NCBI RefSeq assembly: GCF_023100905.1
Contig: NZ_CP064686.1
Location: forward strand, 6,712,577-6,744,576
Length of the DNA: 32,000 nucleotides
DNA from: Bradyrhizobium sp. 4
Lineage (GTDB): Bacteria > Pseudomonadota > Alphaproteobacteria > Rhizobiales > Xanthobacteraceae
Direction: 5' to 3'
How positions within the stretch are numbered: the stretch's first letter is position 1; each line of letters opens with the position of its first letter. Positions 8,369 to 17,016 of this stretch are shown here, piece after piece. The notes below the pieces were generated by a model. That model made no database searches. It was given only the letters and a program-made list of their open reading frames with translations, and had not been told where the DNA came from. The translations under genes were made by a program, and so were the position numbers.

Positions 8369-8662
8369 TCAGTAGAGCGTGCGGATCGGCTGGTCGGCCG
8401 CGCCATAGGGCACCCAGCGGCAGGAGAACGAGATGTAGCCGCCCTCATAGGCCTGCATCGCCAGGAATTTGGCGACCTTGCCATAGCGCGCGCAGTGATC
8501 GACCGCGACCTGCCGCGCATCGACCTGGGTTGCCATCGAATAGGCGATGATGCCGCCAGTGTCGTTGCCCTTGAACGGGGGCACCGGAAGCAGATCGGCG
8601 CGCGCCGACTGGCTCGCCATCATACCCAAGGCAAGTAGGCCCGCGGCCGCAATGATTCGCAT
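8369..8662 (-). CDS. small secreted protein of unknown function (97 aa)
   Basis: The ATG at 8662 lies 8 nt after GGAG. The signal peptide is MRIIAAAGLLALGMMASQSARA|DL, and the mature part has 2 Cys. The track's start at 8671 is a GTG. Confidence 0.6.
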   Translation of the reverse strand: MRIIAAAGLLALGMMASQSARADLLPVPPFKGNDTGGIIAYSMATQVDARQVAVDHCARYGKVAKFLAMQAYEGGYISFSCRWVPYGAADQPIRTLY

Positions 8663-8844
8663 TCCCGTCACTCCGATTGGTTGGCGGCAGTTTACGGTGT
8701 CGGCGCGGCGGTGGAAAGAACGGATGGTCGGTCCAACGCAGCATTGCGGTCAACTCGTCGGCAAGTGTTGCCGCGCTGCACTTGACCTCCCCCGGCCTTC
8801 GCGGCACCGTCCGACCCTTGCAGATCATGCTGTCTGGATCATCC

Positions 8845-9309
8845 ATGCGCGCCTCGACCTTCCTGAAATCGCTCCGCTTTGCCGCCGTGCTCGGCCTCCT
8901 GTTCGGGGCGCTGTCGCTCGGTGAGGCCAGGGCCGCCAATCCGCTGGAGCTGAATTTCTGGCTGAGCGGGCCGCGTTATGACGGCAACGTCTCCGAATGC
9001 GACCGGGCGCTGCCGACGATCGCCAGCCAGTTCTGGGAGAAAGAAAGCTCGTTCTGGAATTCCTCGTTGAAGATCACCGGCTTCGCCGCGGTTCACGAGA
9101 CCGCGTTCCGGCCCTGGGCATCGGATAACATCCCCCGCCGCTATTGCACCGGCGAGGCCATGCTCACGGACGGCAAGATGCGCAAGGTGCACTTCTCCAT
9201 CGTCGAGGATGGCGGCTTCGCCGGCTACGGCCAGGGCGTCGAATGGTGCGTGGTCGGGCTCGACCGCAACTGGGCCTACAACCCGGCCTGCCGCGCCGCC
9301 AAGCAATAA
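8845..9309 (+). CDS. secreted protein of unknown function (154 aa, 4 Cys)
   Basis: The internal ATG at 8845 gives MRASTFLKSLRFAAVLGLLFGALSLGEARA|AN, a clean signal peptide. The upstream part of the track ORF is Arg/Gly-rich and looks non-coding. The start is uncertain (8827 is also possible). Confidence 0.6.
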   Translation: MRASTFLKSLRFAAVLGLLFGALSLGEARAANPLELNFWLSGPRYDGNVSECDRALPTIASQFWEKESSFWNSSLKITGFAAVHETAFRPWASDNIPRRYCTGEAMLTDGKMRKVHFSIVEDGGFAGYGQGVEWCVVGLDRNWAYNPACRAAKQ

Positions 9310-9423
9310 TTGCTCTGATCCGGACCCATCAGGCGGCCCAACGATGGTCGCCCGAAATTTGTTCTTGAAATGTTCCTATCGCCTGCTAGGCTCGTCTGCA
9401 CAGTCTAGTTGAGGGGCGTCGCC

Positions 9424-10116
9424 ATGTTTCATTCCAGATTGCATTCGTTCTCCCGCCTGATGATCTCGCTGACGCTTGCGGCCGGGCTGGCTGCACTGGC
9501 CGGCGGCGCAAAGGCCCAGGACAAGCGGCAGAACACGCCCGGCGAATTCGATTTTTATGTGCTGTCGCTGTCGTGGTCGCCCTCCTTCTGCGAAGAGGCA
9601 GCGGAGCGCGGCGGCCGCTCGCAGACCCAGTGCAGCGGACGGCCCTATGCTTTCGTGGTGCATGGTCTGTGGCCGCAATATGAGAACGGTTTTCCGGAAT
9701 ATTGCCAGCGGCCTTCGCCGCGGCTGAACCGCAGCATCGTCTCCTCCATGCTCGATCTGATGCCGGCGCCGGGGCTGATCTTCAACGAATGGGACAAGCA
9801 CGGCACCTGCTCGGGGCTCGCCGACCGCAGCTATTTCGAGACGATCCGGAAGGCGCGCGCCGCAATCAAGATTCCGGCCGAATATCTCGATTTGTCGCAG
9901 GCCAAGACGGTGGCGCCGGCAGAGGTGGAGGAAGCCTTCATCAAGGCCAATCCGGGCCTCAGCAATGCCGCCGTCTCGATCACCTGCAACCGGACGCGGC
10001 TATCGGAAGTCCGCATCTGCCTCAGCAAGGACCTGCAATTCCGCGCCTGCGAGGAGATCGACCGCCGCGCCTGCCGTCGCGACCAGTTGGCGATGCCGCC
10101 GATCCGGGGTGGCTAG
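9424..10116 (+). CDS. ribonuclease T2 family protein, secreted/periplasmic
   Basis: Both catalytic signature blocks are present: FVVHGLWPQ (CAS I) and EWDKHGTC (CAS II). The signal peptide ends LAGGAKA|QD, and the mature protein has 8 Cys. The ATG at 9424 lies 7 nt after GAGGGG. Confidence 0.88.
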   Translation: MFHSRLHSFSRLMISLTLAAGLAALAGGAKAQDKRQNTPGEFDFYVLSLSWSPSFCEEAAERGGRSQTQCSGRPYAFVVHGLWPQYENGFPEYCQRPSPRLNRSIVSSMLDLMPAPGLIFNEWDKHGTCSGLADRSYFETIRKARAAIKIPAEYLDLSQAKTVAPAEVEEAFIKANPGLSNAAVSITCNRTRLSEVRICLSKDLQFRACEEIDRRACRRDQLAMPPIRGG

Positions 10117-10168
10117 CCCAGGCATCGTGCCTCTTTGCTCAAGCCGTCACGTGGCGTAGTGCTCTTGC

Positions 10169-11029
10169 ATGAATTACCGCCACGCCTTTCACGCCGGAAG
10201 CTTCGCCGATGTCATCAAGCACATCGTGCTGGCGCGCATCATCACCTATCTCCAGGATAAGCCGGGCGCGTTCCGTGTCATCGACACCCATGCCGGCGCT
10301 GGCCTCTACGATCTCGAAAGCGAGGAGGCGCGTCGCGGCGGCGAGTGGCTGACGGGCATTGCGCGGCTGATGCAGGCGCGGCTGTCGAACGACGCCATGG
10401 CGCTGACCAAGCCCTATCTGGACATCGTCCGCGCCTTCAATCCGAAGGGCGAGCTCAAGGCTTACCCGGGCTCGCCGCTGATCGCACGCGGCCTGCTGAG
10501 GCCGCAGGACCGCCTCTTGCTCTGCGAGCTCGAGCCGAAGGCGCGCAAGGCGCTGATCGGCGTGCTGCGCCACGACGAACAGGCCCGCGTGGTCGACCTC
10601 GACGGCTGGATGGCGCTGCCGGCTTTCGTGCCGCCGAAGGAACGGCGTGGGCTCGTGCTGATCGATCCCCCGTTCGAGGCGAAGGACGAGTTCGAAAAGC
10701 TCGAAGAGGCCTTCTCGACGGCTTTCGCGAAATGGCCGACCGGTATCTATGTAATCTGGTATCCCGCCAAGAGCCGGCGCGCCACCGACGCGCTGGTGCA
10801 ATCAGTGGCGCGGCTCGCAGCCGCAGCAAAACCGCCGGGAAAATGCCTGCGCCTCGAATTCAGCGTGGCGCCACAAGCCGACGGCGCAGCCCTCACCTCC
10901 AGCGGGCTCTTGATCGTCAATCCCCCTTACACACTGCACGGCGAGCTCAAGACGATCCTGCCCGAGTTGGAAATGCCGCTCGGCCAGGGGGGCGCTGCCA
11001 GATTCCGATTAGAGGTGCCAAGGCCGTAA
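10169..11029 (+). CDS. rlmJ: 23S rRNA (adenine2030-N6)-methyltransferase
   Basis: The N-terminus MNYRHAFHAGSFADVIKH is characteristic of RlmJ (YhiR). It also has the DPPFE catalytic-type motif (LIDPPFEAKDEF) and the expected length of 286 aa. Confidence 0.88.
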   Translation: MNYRHAFHAGSFADVIKHIVLARIITYLQDKPGAFRVIDTHAGAGLYDLESEEARRGGEWLTGIARLMQARLSNDAMALTKPYLDIVRAFNPKGELKAYPGSPLIARGLLRPQDRLLLCELEPKARKALIGVLRHDEQARVVDLDGWMALPAFVPPKERRGLVLIDPPFEAKDEFEKLEEAFSTAFAKWPTGIYVIWYPAKSRRATDALVQSVARLAAAAKPPGKCLRLEFSVAPQADGAALTSSGLLIVNPPYTLHGELKTILPELEMPLGQGGAARFRLEVPRP

Positions 11030-11201
11030 CACTCCGGCATCTTGGGAAAAATATGCAGGAGCGGTGGTCAATCTGCAGAGAACCGTATTATGCTGTTGCG
11101 GTGACTGGCTTTACGTTCCGCTTCCGCGAATGGTTGCGGCGGAGTGAAGGCCTAAGAAAGATCCAGTCGGACCGAATGGTCTGCCCAAGGATGGCCAGCT
11201 C

Positions 11202-11258
11202 CCGGGCTTCGTAAGGCCCGGTCATGTCGTGACGTGCGTCTGCGTCACGACGGAGGAG
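11202..11258 (+). promoter_or_regulatory. two tandem hairpins plus SD sequence in the cold-shock gene leader
   Basis: Hairpin 1 is ccgggc (11202-11207) paired with gcccgg (11216-11221). Hairpin 2 is gtcgtgacg (11226-11234) paired with cgtcacgac (11243-11251), and it directly abuts GGAGGAG (11252-11258). Confidence 0.35.
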
Positions 11259-11278
11259 CAATGAGGGGGAGTTTCCCG

Positions 11279-11494
11279 ATGGCCATGACGGGAACGGTCA
11301 AGTTTTTCAACGGTGAGCGCGGCTACGGATTCATCAAACCGGACGACGGGGGCCGCGACGTCTTCGTGCATATTACTGCTGTGGAGCGGGCCGGACTGAA
11401 GGACCTTGCCGAAGGACAGCGTATTACTTTCGAAGTCGAACCGGACAAGAAGGGCAAGGGGCCGAAGGCGGTCGATTTGGTCATCCTTCCCTAG
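11279..11494 (+). CDS. cold-shock protein (CspA family)
   Basis: The product starts MAMTGTVKFFNGERGYGFIKPDDGGRDVFVH, which contains the RNP1/RNP2 motifs (GYGFI, VFVH). The start is ambiguous between 11261, 11279 and 11285. Each of the first two is preceded by a purine-rich SD sequence. Confidence 0.9.
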   Translation: MAMTGTVKFFNGERGYGFIKPDDGGRDVFVHITAVERAGLKDLAEGQRITFEVEPDKKGKGPKAVDLVILP

Positions 11495-11519
11495 CGAGTC
11501 CGACGCGAAACACCGGCGC

Positions 11520-11549
11520 AAAAAAAATCCCGGCCGCGAGCGGCCGGGA
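11520..11549 (-). terminator. rho-independent terminator of the OMP gene (may also serve csp)
   Basis: A 9-bp GC-rich stem pairs tcccggccg (11528-11536) with cggccggga (11541-11549) around the tetraloop cgag. On the minus strand it is followed by T8 (A-run at 11520-11527). Confidence 0.75.
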
Positions 11550-11580
11550 GGCTGTAGTCCGGTATTTTCTTCTTTGGGTA

Positions 11581-12204
11581 TCAGAAGTGATAGTTCACGC
11601 CTGCGCGCACAACGCTGGCGCTATAGCCGTTTGACACGCCTGTAATCGCGAACTGACTCGTCGACAGATCGATGTAGAGATATTCGAGCTTGGCGCTCCA
11701 GTTCGGCGCGAAACCAACTTCCGCGCCGGCACCGATGGTCCAGCCGGCGCTGGTATGCGACTCCGTCCAGCCGAACGTCTGCGCGCGCAGCTCGCCGAAG
11801 GCGAGGCCCGCCGTGCCGTAGAACAGCACGTTGCTGAGGGCATAGCCCGCGCGGCCGCGCAGGGTGCCGAACCACGGATTGGAGAACTTCCACGGCGCGA
11901 AGGTATCGTCGGCACCGGCGGCCTGGATGTCACCTTCGACACCGAACACCCACGGGCCGGTCTGGAAATTGTAACCGGCCTGAACGCCGCCGACGAAGCC
12001 CGACGGTTTTGCGGGATTGTTGTTCACCGAGCCCCATTCGTAGCCGAGATTGGCACCGAGATACGGACCGGCCCAGCTATAGGCGTTGAGCGGCTGATTG
12101 ACCGTGTAGGGCGCACGTTGCCCGTAATTGAGATCGGCGGCCCCTGCCGAAGCCGTCCAGCCGACTGCAGCCAACGCGGCTGCGCCCACAACGAGCCTCT
12201 TCAT
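11581..12204 (-). CDS. outer membrane beta-barrel protein, Omp25/Omp31/RopB-like (OMP_b-brl family)
   Basis: The signal peptide is MKRLVVGAAALAAVGWTASAGA|AD. It has alternating beta-strand motifs (GGVQAGYNFQ, FGVEGD, GWTIGAGAEVGF, KLEYLYIDL) and the C-terminal VRAGVNYHF. The ATG at 12204 follows TGGAG. Confidence 0.85.
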   Translation of the reverse strand: MKRLVVGAAALAAVGWTASAGAADLNYGQRAPYTVNQPLNAYSWAGPYLGANLGYEWGSVNNNPAKPSGFVGGVQAGYNFQTGPWVFGVEGDIQAAGADDTFAPWKFSNPWFGTLRGRAGYALSNVLFYGTAGLAFGELRAQTFGWTESHTSAGWTIGAGAEVGFAPNWSAKLEYLYIDLSTSQFAITGVSNGYSASVVRAGVNYHF

Positions 12205-12315
12205 CACATACTCCAACGCAACTGCCGTCACCGGCGCGATGCCTGCGCCGCCGCGCGAGGCAAAACCGCATGGTTACGGAACCACCACTATTTCGCGTAA
12301 CATTTATCGAGAGTT

Positions 12316-12376
12316 TTAAGTTAAAGGCCTGTTAAGCCGGGTTACCGCGCTGTTAACAGGCTTAAGCAAGCGTTAC
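12316..12376. promoter_or_regulatory. array of three CtrA-box-like units (TTAN-N7-TTAN) in the divergent omp/uvrC region
   Basis: The units are TTAA-aggcctg-TTAA (12321-12335, exact TTAA-N7-TTAA), TTAC-cgcgctg-TTAA (12342-12356) and TTAA-gcaagcg-TTAC (12362-12376). There are five TTAA tetramers within 50 nt, and a 10-bp palindrome ctgttaacag at 12350-12359. Confidence 0.4.
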
Positions 12377-12454
12377 CGGGAACTGCGCCGCCATCCTGTG
12401 CGTGCCGCACGGCCGGAACTTCAAATCGGCAGCCGCAACGCCTAAATTCGCACC

Positions 12455-14524
12455 ATGGTTCACGATTCCACCGACAATCCGGACGACGCACGTGCGCGCA
12501 AACCCGTGCGCGGCAACGCGCCCGACGTCCCGCCCCAGGAGACGGAAGCGGCGCCGCCCGACCTCGATCCCGCCACAGCAAACGGGGACGACGAGGACGA
12601 CGCACGGCTGCCGGACATCCTGGAAGAGAGCGGCACGGTCGGCGAAGAGCCGCTGGCGACCGGCCACGAGGCGATCGAACGCGCGGTCCGCCTCGCCCCC
12701 ACCTCGCCCGGCGTCTACCGCATGCTCAATGGGAATGCCGACGTGCTCTATGTCGGCAAGGCTAAGAACGTCAAAAAGCGCCTGTCGAACTATGCGCGCC
12801 AGAGTGCGCCGCAGCCGGCGCGCATCCTGCGCATGATCGCCGCCACCGTGACCGTGGAAATCATCTCGACCCACACCGAGACCGAAGCGCTGCTGCTGGA
12901 GGCCAACCTCATCAAGCAGCTTCGGCCGCGCTTCAACGTGCAGCTGCGCGATGACAAGTCGTTTCCCTATATCCTGATCACGGGCGACCATTGGGCGCCG
13001 CAGATCCTGAAGCATCGCGGCGCGCAGACGCGGCCCGGTCGCTATTTCGGCCCGTTCGCCTCGGCTGGCGCCGTCAACCGCACCATCACCGCGTTGCAGC
13101 GCGCGTTCCTGATCCGCTCCTGCACGGATTCCTTCTTCGAGAGCCGCTCGCGGCCCTGCCTGCTCTACCAGATCCGCCGTTGCGCCGGCCCCTGCACCCG
13201 CGAGATCGACTTCCCCGGCTACACGACCCTGGTGCGCGAGGCGAGCGACTTCCTGTCCGGCAGGAGCCATGCGGTGAAACAGGAGCTTGCCGCCGAGATG
13301 GAGAAGGCCTCCGGTGAGCTCGAATTCGAGAGCGCCGCGCTCTACCGCGACCGCCTCGCTGCGTTGTCCGCGATCCAGTCGCAGCAGGGCATCAATCCGC
13401 GCACGGTGGAAGAAGCCGACGTGTTCGCCATCCACCAGGAGGGCGGCTTCTCATGTGTCGAGGTGTTCTTCTTCCGCACCGGGCAGAACTGGGGCAACCG
13501 CGCCTATTTCCCGCGCGCGGAAAAGACGTATACGCCGGAAGAGGTGCTCGGCTCCTTCCTCGCCCAGTTCTATGACGACAAGCCGCCGCCGAGGAACATC
13601 CTGCTCTCGCACGAGATCGAGGAGAGCGAGCTGCTCGCCAACGCGCTGTCGATCAAGGCCGGCCGCAAGGTCGAGGTGTCCACGCCGAAGCGCGGCGAGA
13701 AGAAGGAGCTCGTCACCCACGCGCTCACCAACGCGCGCGAGGCCCTGGGCCGCAAGCTCGCGGACACCGCGACGCAGAGCCGCCTGCTGGACGCCATGGC
13801 CACGACCCTGAGCCTGCCGCATGCGCCGAAGCGGATCGAGGTCTACGACAACAGCCACATCCAGGGCACCAACGCGGTCGGCGCCATGATCGTCGCCGGC
13901 CCCGATGGCTTCGTCAAAAACCAGTACCGCAAGTTCAACATCAAGTCGGAAGGGATCACGCCGGGCGACGACTTCGCCATGATGCGCGAAGTGCTGGAGC
14001 GCCGCTTCAAGCGCCTGATCAATCCGCCCGAAGAGGGCGCAGCCAAAACCAAGGACGACGACTTCCCGCAATGGCCCGATCTCGTGATCATCGACGGCGG
14101 CCGCGGCCAGCTCAACGCGGTCCGGGAGATATTTGCAAATCTCGGCCTGATCCAGGTGGCGCTGATGTCCGTGGCCAAGGGGCCGGACCGGGATGCCGGC
14201 CGCGAGACCCTGTTCATGCCGGAGCGCGAGGCGATCAAGCTGGAGCCGCGCGACCCCGTGCTCTATTTCATCCAGCGCCTGCGGGACGAGGCGCACCGCT
14301 TCGTCATCGGCTCGCACCGCAAGCTGCGCAAGAAGGACATCCGCGAGGCCGGCTTGCAGGAGATTCCGGGCATCGGCCCGTCACGCAAACGTGCCTTGCT
14401 GCATCATTTCGGAACCCTGAAGGAGATCGAACGGGCCTCGATCACCGATCTCGGCAAGGTTCCGGGGGTGAGCGCCGAGAGCGCCCGCAGGATTTTCGAA
14501 TATTTCCACCCTCAGCCGGGATGA
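12455..14524 (+). CDS. uvrC: excinuclease ABC subunit C
   Basis: It has the GIY-YIG block ([25 protein letters not shown]), a UVR domain, an RNase H-like endonuclease region and a C-terminal (HhH)2 ([25 protein letters not shown]). About 85 aa of acidic N-terminal extension precede the GIY-YIG block. Confidence 0.93.
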   Translation: MVHDSTDNPDDARARKPVRGNAPDVPPQETEAAPPDLDPATANGDDEDDARLPDILEESGTVGEEPLATGHEAIERAVRLAPTSPGVYRMLNGNADVLYVGKAKNVKKRLSNYARQSAPQPARILRMIAATVTVEIISTHTETEALLLEANLIKQLRPRFNVQLRDDKSFPYILITGDHWAPQILKHRGAQTRPGRYFGPFASAGAVNRTITALQRAFLIRSCTDSFFESRSRPCLLYQIRRCAGPCTREIDFPGYTTLVREASDFLSGRSHAVKQELAAEMEKASGELEFESAALYRDRLAALSAIQSQQGINPRTVEEADVFAIHQEGGFSCVEVFFFRTGQNWGNRAYFPRAEKTYTPEEVLGSFLAQFYDDKPPPRNILLSHEIEESELLANALSIKAGRKVEVSTPKRGEKKELVTHALTNAREALGRKLADTATQSRLLDAMATTLSLPHAPKRIEVYDNSHIQGTNAVGAMIVAGPDGFVKNQYRKFNIKSEGITPGDDFAMMREVLERRFKRLINPPEEGAAKTKDDDFPQWPDLVIIDGGRGQLNAVREIFANLGLIQVALMSVAKGPDRDAGRETLFMPEREAIKLEPRDPVLYFIQRLRDEAHRFVIGSHRKLRKKDIREAGLQEIPGIGPSRKRALLHHFGTLKEIERASITDLGKVPGVSAESARRIFEYFHPQPG

Positions 14525-14621
14525 AATAAAAGGGGGCCGCGGTCATATGGTCGTCGCATCCCGCACCCCATTTGGGAGCGGAACGGTTGACCTTCAGGCT
14601 GCAGCGGTATTGGTAGGACGG

Positions 14622-15239
14622 ATGAACATCGCCACGACACGAGGGACCACCAGCCGCGCGATGTCCCTCCCGAACATCCTGACCTACGGCCGGATCGCAG
14701 CGATCCCGGTCGTGGTCGGGTGCATCTACGCACAGTCGATCATGGACGGTCCGCTGTGGCTGCGCTGGGTTGCGGTCGCCATCTTTATCGCGGCTGCGGT
14801 CACTGATTACCTCGACGGCTATTACGCGCGGATATGGAATCAGCAATCGGCGTTCGGCCGCATGCTCGATCCGATCGCCGACAAGCTTCTGGTCGCCTCG
14901 TGCCTGCTGATGCTGGCCGCCGACGGCATCATTCACGGCTGGTCGCTGTGGGCCGCCATCGTGATCCTGTGCCGCGAGATCCTGGTCTCGGGCCTGCGCG
15001 AATATCTTGCCGCGCTGCGCGTCAGCGTGCCCGTGACCAAGCTTGCGAAGTGGAAGACGACGGTTCAGCTCATCGCCATCGGCTTCCTGCTGGCCGGTCC
15101 CGCCGGCGATGAGGTGGTGCCCATGGTCTCCATGACCGGGCTGGCGCTGCTCTGGGCCTCGGCGATCCTCACCATGTACACCGGCTACGACTATTTCGGC
15201 GCCGGCATCCATCACCTCATCAAGGAGGATGAGGGATGA
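14622..15239 (+). CDS. pgsA: CDP-diacylglycerol--glycerol-3-phosphate 3-phosphatidyltransferase
   Basis: It has the CDP-alcohol phosphotransferase motif DYLDGYYARIWNQQSAFGRMLDPIADK and several TM segments. The start is uncertain: 14547 has an AAGGGGG SD sequence at 10 nt, 14622 has AGGA at 3 nt, and 14661 is also possible. Confidence 0.88.
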   Translation: MNIATTRGTTSRAMSLPNILTYGRIAAIPVVVGCIYAQSIMDGPLWLRWVAVAIFIAAAVTDYLDGYYARIWNQQSAFGRMLDPIADKLLVASCLLMLAADGIIHGWSLWAAIVILCREILVSGLREYLAALRVSVPVTKLAKWKTTVQLIAIGFLLAGPAGDEVVPMVSMTGLALLWASAILTMYTGYDYFGAGIHHLIKEDEG

Positions 15240-15487
15240 AAGTGAAGTACTTCGCCTGGGTGCGCGAGCGCGTCGGCAAGGCCGAGGAGACCATCGAGCC
15301 GCCCGCGACCGTGCGCACGGTGGAAGAGCTGATCGCCTGGCTGTCCGGCCAAGGCGAAGCCTACGCCTACGCGTTCGAGAAGCCGAAGGTGATCCGCACC
15401 GCGATCGACCATGCCCACGTCAAGTCGGACGCCGCGATCGCGGGCGCTCGCGAGATCGCGTTCTTCCCGCCGATGACCGGCGGCTAG
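15236..15487 (+). CDS. moaD: molybdopterin synthase sulfur-carrier subunit
   Basis: The 83-aa ubiquitin-like protein ends in the diagnostic C-terminal GG (FFPPMTGG). It has an ATGA start/stop overlap with pgsA. Confidence 0.88.
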   Translation: MKVKYFAWVRERVGKAEETIEPPATVRTVEELIAWLSGQGEAYAYAFEKPKVIRTAIDHAHVKSDAAIAGAREIAFFPPMTGG

Positions 15488-15490
15488 ACC

Positions 15491-15967
15491 ATGCCGGTCA
15501 CCACCTGTCCCGTCACCATTCGTATCCAGCAAGACGATTTCGACATCGCGCGCGAGATCGCGGTGCTGACCGGGAACCGCACCGACATCGGTGCAGTCGT
15601 GAGCTTTTCCGGCATCTGCCGCGGTGACGAGGACAGCGCCAAGATCGCCGCGCTCTCGCTCGAGCATTATCCGGGTATGGCCGAGGAAGAGATCAGGCGC
15701 CATGCCGACGAGGCCACCTCGCGCTGGCCGCTCAACGGCGTCACGGTGATCCATCGCGTCGGCCGTTTCATGCCCGGCCAGAACATCGTGCTGGTGCTGA
15801 CCGCCTCGCAGCACCGCCAGGCAGCGTTCCAGGCAGCCGAGTTCCTGATGGATTATCTGAAGACCAACGCGCCGTTCTGGAAGAAGGAAGAGAGCGCCAC
15901 CGGCACCGGCTGGGTCGAGGCCCAGGCCCGCGACGATGAAGCCGCCGCACGCTGGACCCGATCCTGA
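15491..15967 (+). CDS. moaE: molybdopterin synthase catalytic subunit
   Basis: This 158-aa protein starts 3 nt after moaD. It contains GAVVSFSGICR...LEHYPGMAE...FWKKE, which is typical of MoaE. Its stop overlaps the prmB ATG by 1 nt (TGATG). Confidence 0.9.
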   Translation: MPVTTCPVTIRIQQDDFDIAREIAVLTGNRTDIGAVVSFSGICRGDEDSAKIAALSLEHYPGMAEEEIRRHADEATSRWPLNGVTVIHRVGRFMPGQNIVLVLTASQHRQAAFQAAEFLMDYLKTNAPFWKKEESATGTGWVEAQARDDEAAARWTRS

Positions 15968-16926
15968 TGGCAACGACATCCAAAAAGACCGTGCGCGGCC
16001 GCGCCGCGCCAAAGCTCGCGAAAGTGGGGCGCGGCGAGCTTCTCACGCTGATCGATTTCGTCCGCTATGCGGTGAGCCGCTTCAATGAGGCCAAGCTCGC
16101 CTTTGCCCATGGCACACCCGATCCGGTCGCGGAAGCGGCCTTCCTGGTCTGTGAAGCCCTGCATCTGCATCCCGAGCAGTTCGAGATTTTTGCCAACGCG
16201 CGAGTCACGGACGCCGAGGGCAGGACCATCATCGATCTCATCCATCAGCGCGTCACCACCCGCAAACCGGCCGCCTATCTCGTCAACAAGATCTACATGC
16301 GCGGCCTGCCGTTCTATGTCGACGAGCGCGTCATCGTTCCCCGCTCCTTTATCGGCGAGCTCTTGGAATCGCATTTCGGCGGCGACGGCGAAGCCGGCTC
16401 GCTGATCGACGACCCCAGCGCGGTCGAACGCGTGCTCGATCTCTGCACTGGGTCGGGATGCCTCGCGATCCTCGCGGCGCATCATTTTCCGAATGCCACG
16501 ATCGACGCCGTCGATATCTCCAAGGGCGCGATCGACGTCGCCAGACGAAATGTCGGCGAATACGGGCTCGATGACCGGATCAGCCTGCATCGCGGCGACC
16601 TGTTCGCCCCGCTCGGTGACGCCAAATACGACCTGATCATCACCAACCCGCCTTATGTCGATGCCGAAGGCATGGCGGCGCTGCCGCCGGAGTGCCGGGC
16701 CGAGCCGAAGCTCGCCTTTGACGGCGGCGCCGACGGTCTCGACGTGGTGCGCCGGATCCTGCGCGACGCGCCCGGCCATTTGACGCCGGATGGCGGGCTG
16801 ATCTGCGAGATCGGCCGCGGCCGCGAACTCGTCGACGAGGCCTTTCCTGAACTACCGCTGCTCTGGCTCGACACCGAGGACTCCGAGGGCGAAGTGTTCT
16901 GGATCGCGGCAGCCGCTCTCGGCTGA
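15967..16926 (+). CDS. prmB: 50S ribosomal protein L3 N5-glutamine methyltransferase
   Basis: It has the NPPY motif (IITNPPYV) and the SAM-binding LDLCTGSGCLAI. The N-terminal region LLTLIDFVRYAVSRFNEAKLAFAHGT resembles E. coli PrmB (YfcB), not PrmC. Confidence 0.85.
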   Translation: MATTSKKTVRGRAAPKLAKVGRGELLTLIDFVRYAVSRFNEAKLAFAHGTPDPVAEAAFLVCEALHLHPEQFEIFANARVTDAEGRTIIDLIHQRVTTRKPAAYLVNKIYMRGLPFYVDERVIVPRSFIGELLESHFGGDGEAGSLIDDPSAVERVLDLCTGSGCLAILAAHHFPNATIDAVDISKGAIDVARRNVGEYGLDDRISLHRGDLFAPLGDAKYDLIITNPPYVDAEGMAALPPECRAEPKLAFDGGADGLDVVRRILRDAPGHLTPDGGLICEIGRGRELVDEAFPELPLLWLDTEDSEGEVFWIAAAALG

Positions 16927-17016
16927 TCGACCACGACGGGCAGACCTCGTCGGAACAAGTCAAATACCGCCACGTTCATCCCCCGACGAATTTTCTCGCA
17001 CTCGGAGGATCACCGC

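Noticed and set aside
10345-11214. 289-aa plus-strand ORF overlapping rlmJ in another frame and extending into the csp leader
   Set aside because: It is an Arg/Ala/Pro-rich translation of the +1 frame of a well-supported gene. It has no SD sequence and no motif.
12232-12454. The idea that the dense CtrA-like box cluster marks a replication origin (as in Caulobacter Cori)
   Set aside because: I could not find DnaA-box-like sequences (TTATCCACA or close variants) or an extended AT-rich unwinding region. The flanking genes (omp, uvrC) are not origin-associated markers. I treat it as promoter regulation.
12232-12454. SOS (LexA) box upstream of uvrC
   Set aside because: I looked for the alphaproteobacterial direct-repeat box GTTC-N7-GTTC (or GAAC-N7-GAAC) on both strands. 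I found only isolated GAAC tetramers without a correctly spaced partner.
12362-13435. 357-aa minus-strand ORF, and other long alternate-frame ORFs over uvrC (such as 13451-14317)
   Set aside because: They are antisense to uvrC, which has GIY-YIG, UVR and HhH motifs. They are GC-skewed artefacts.
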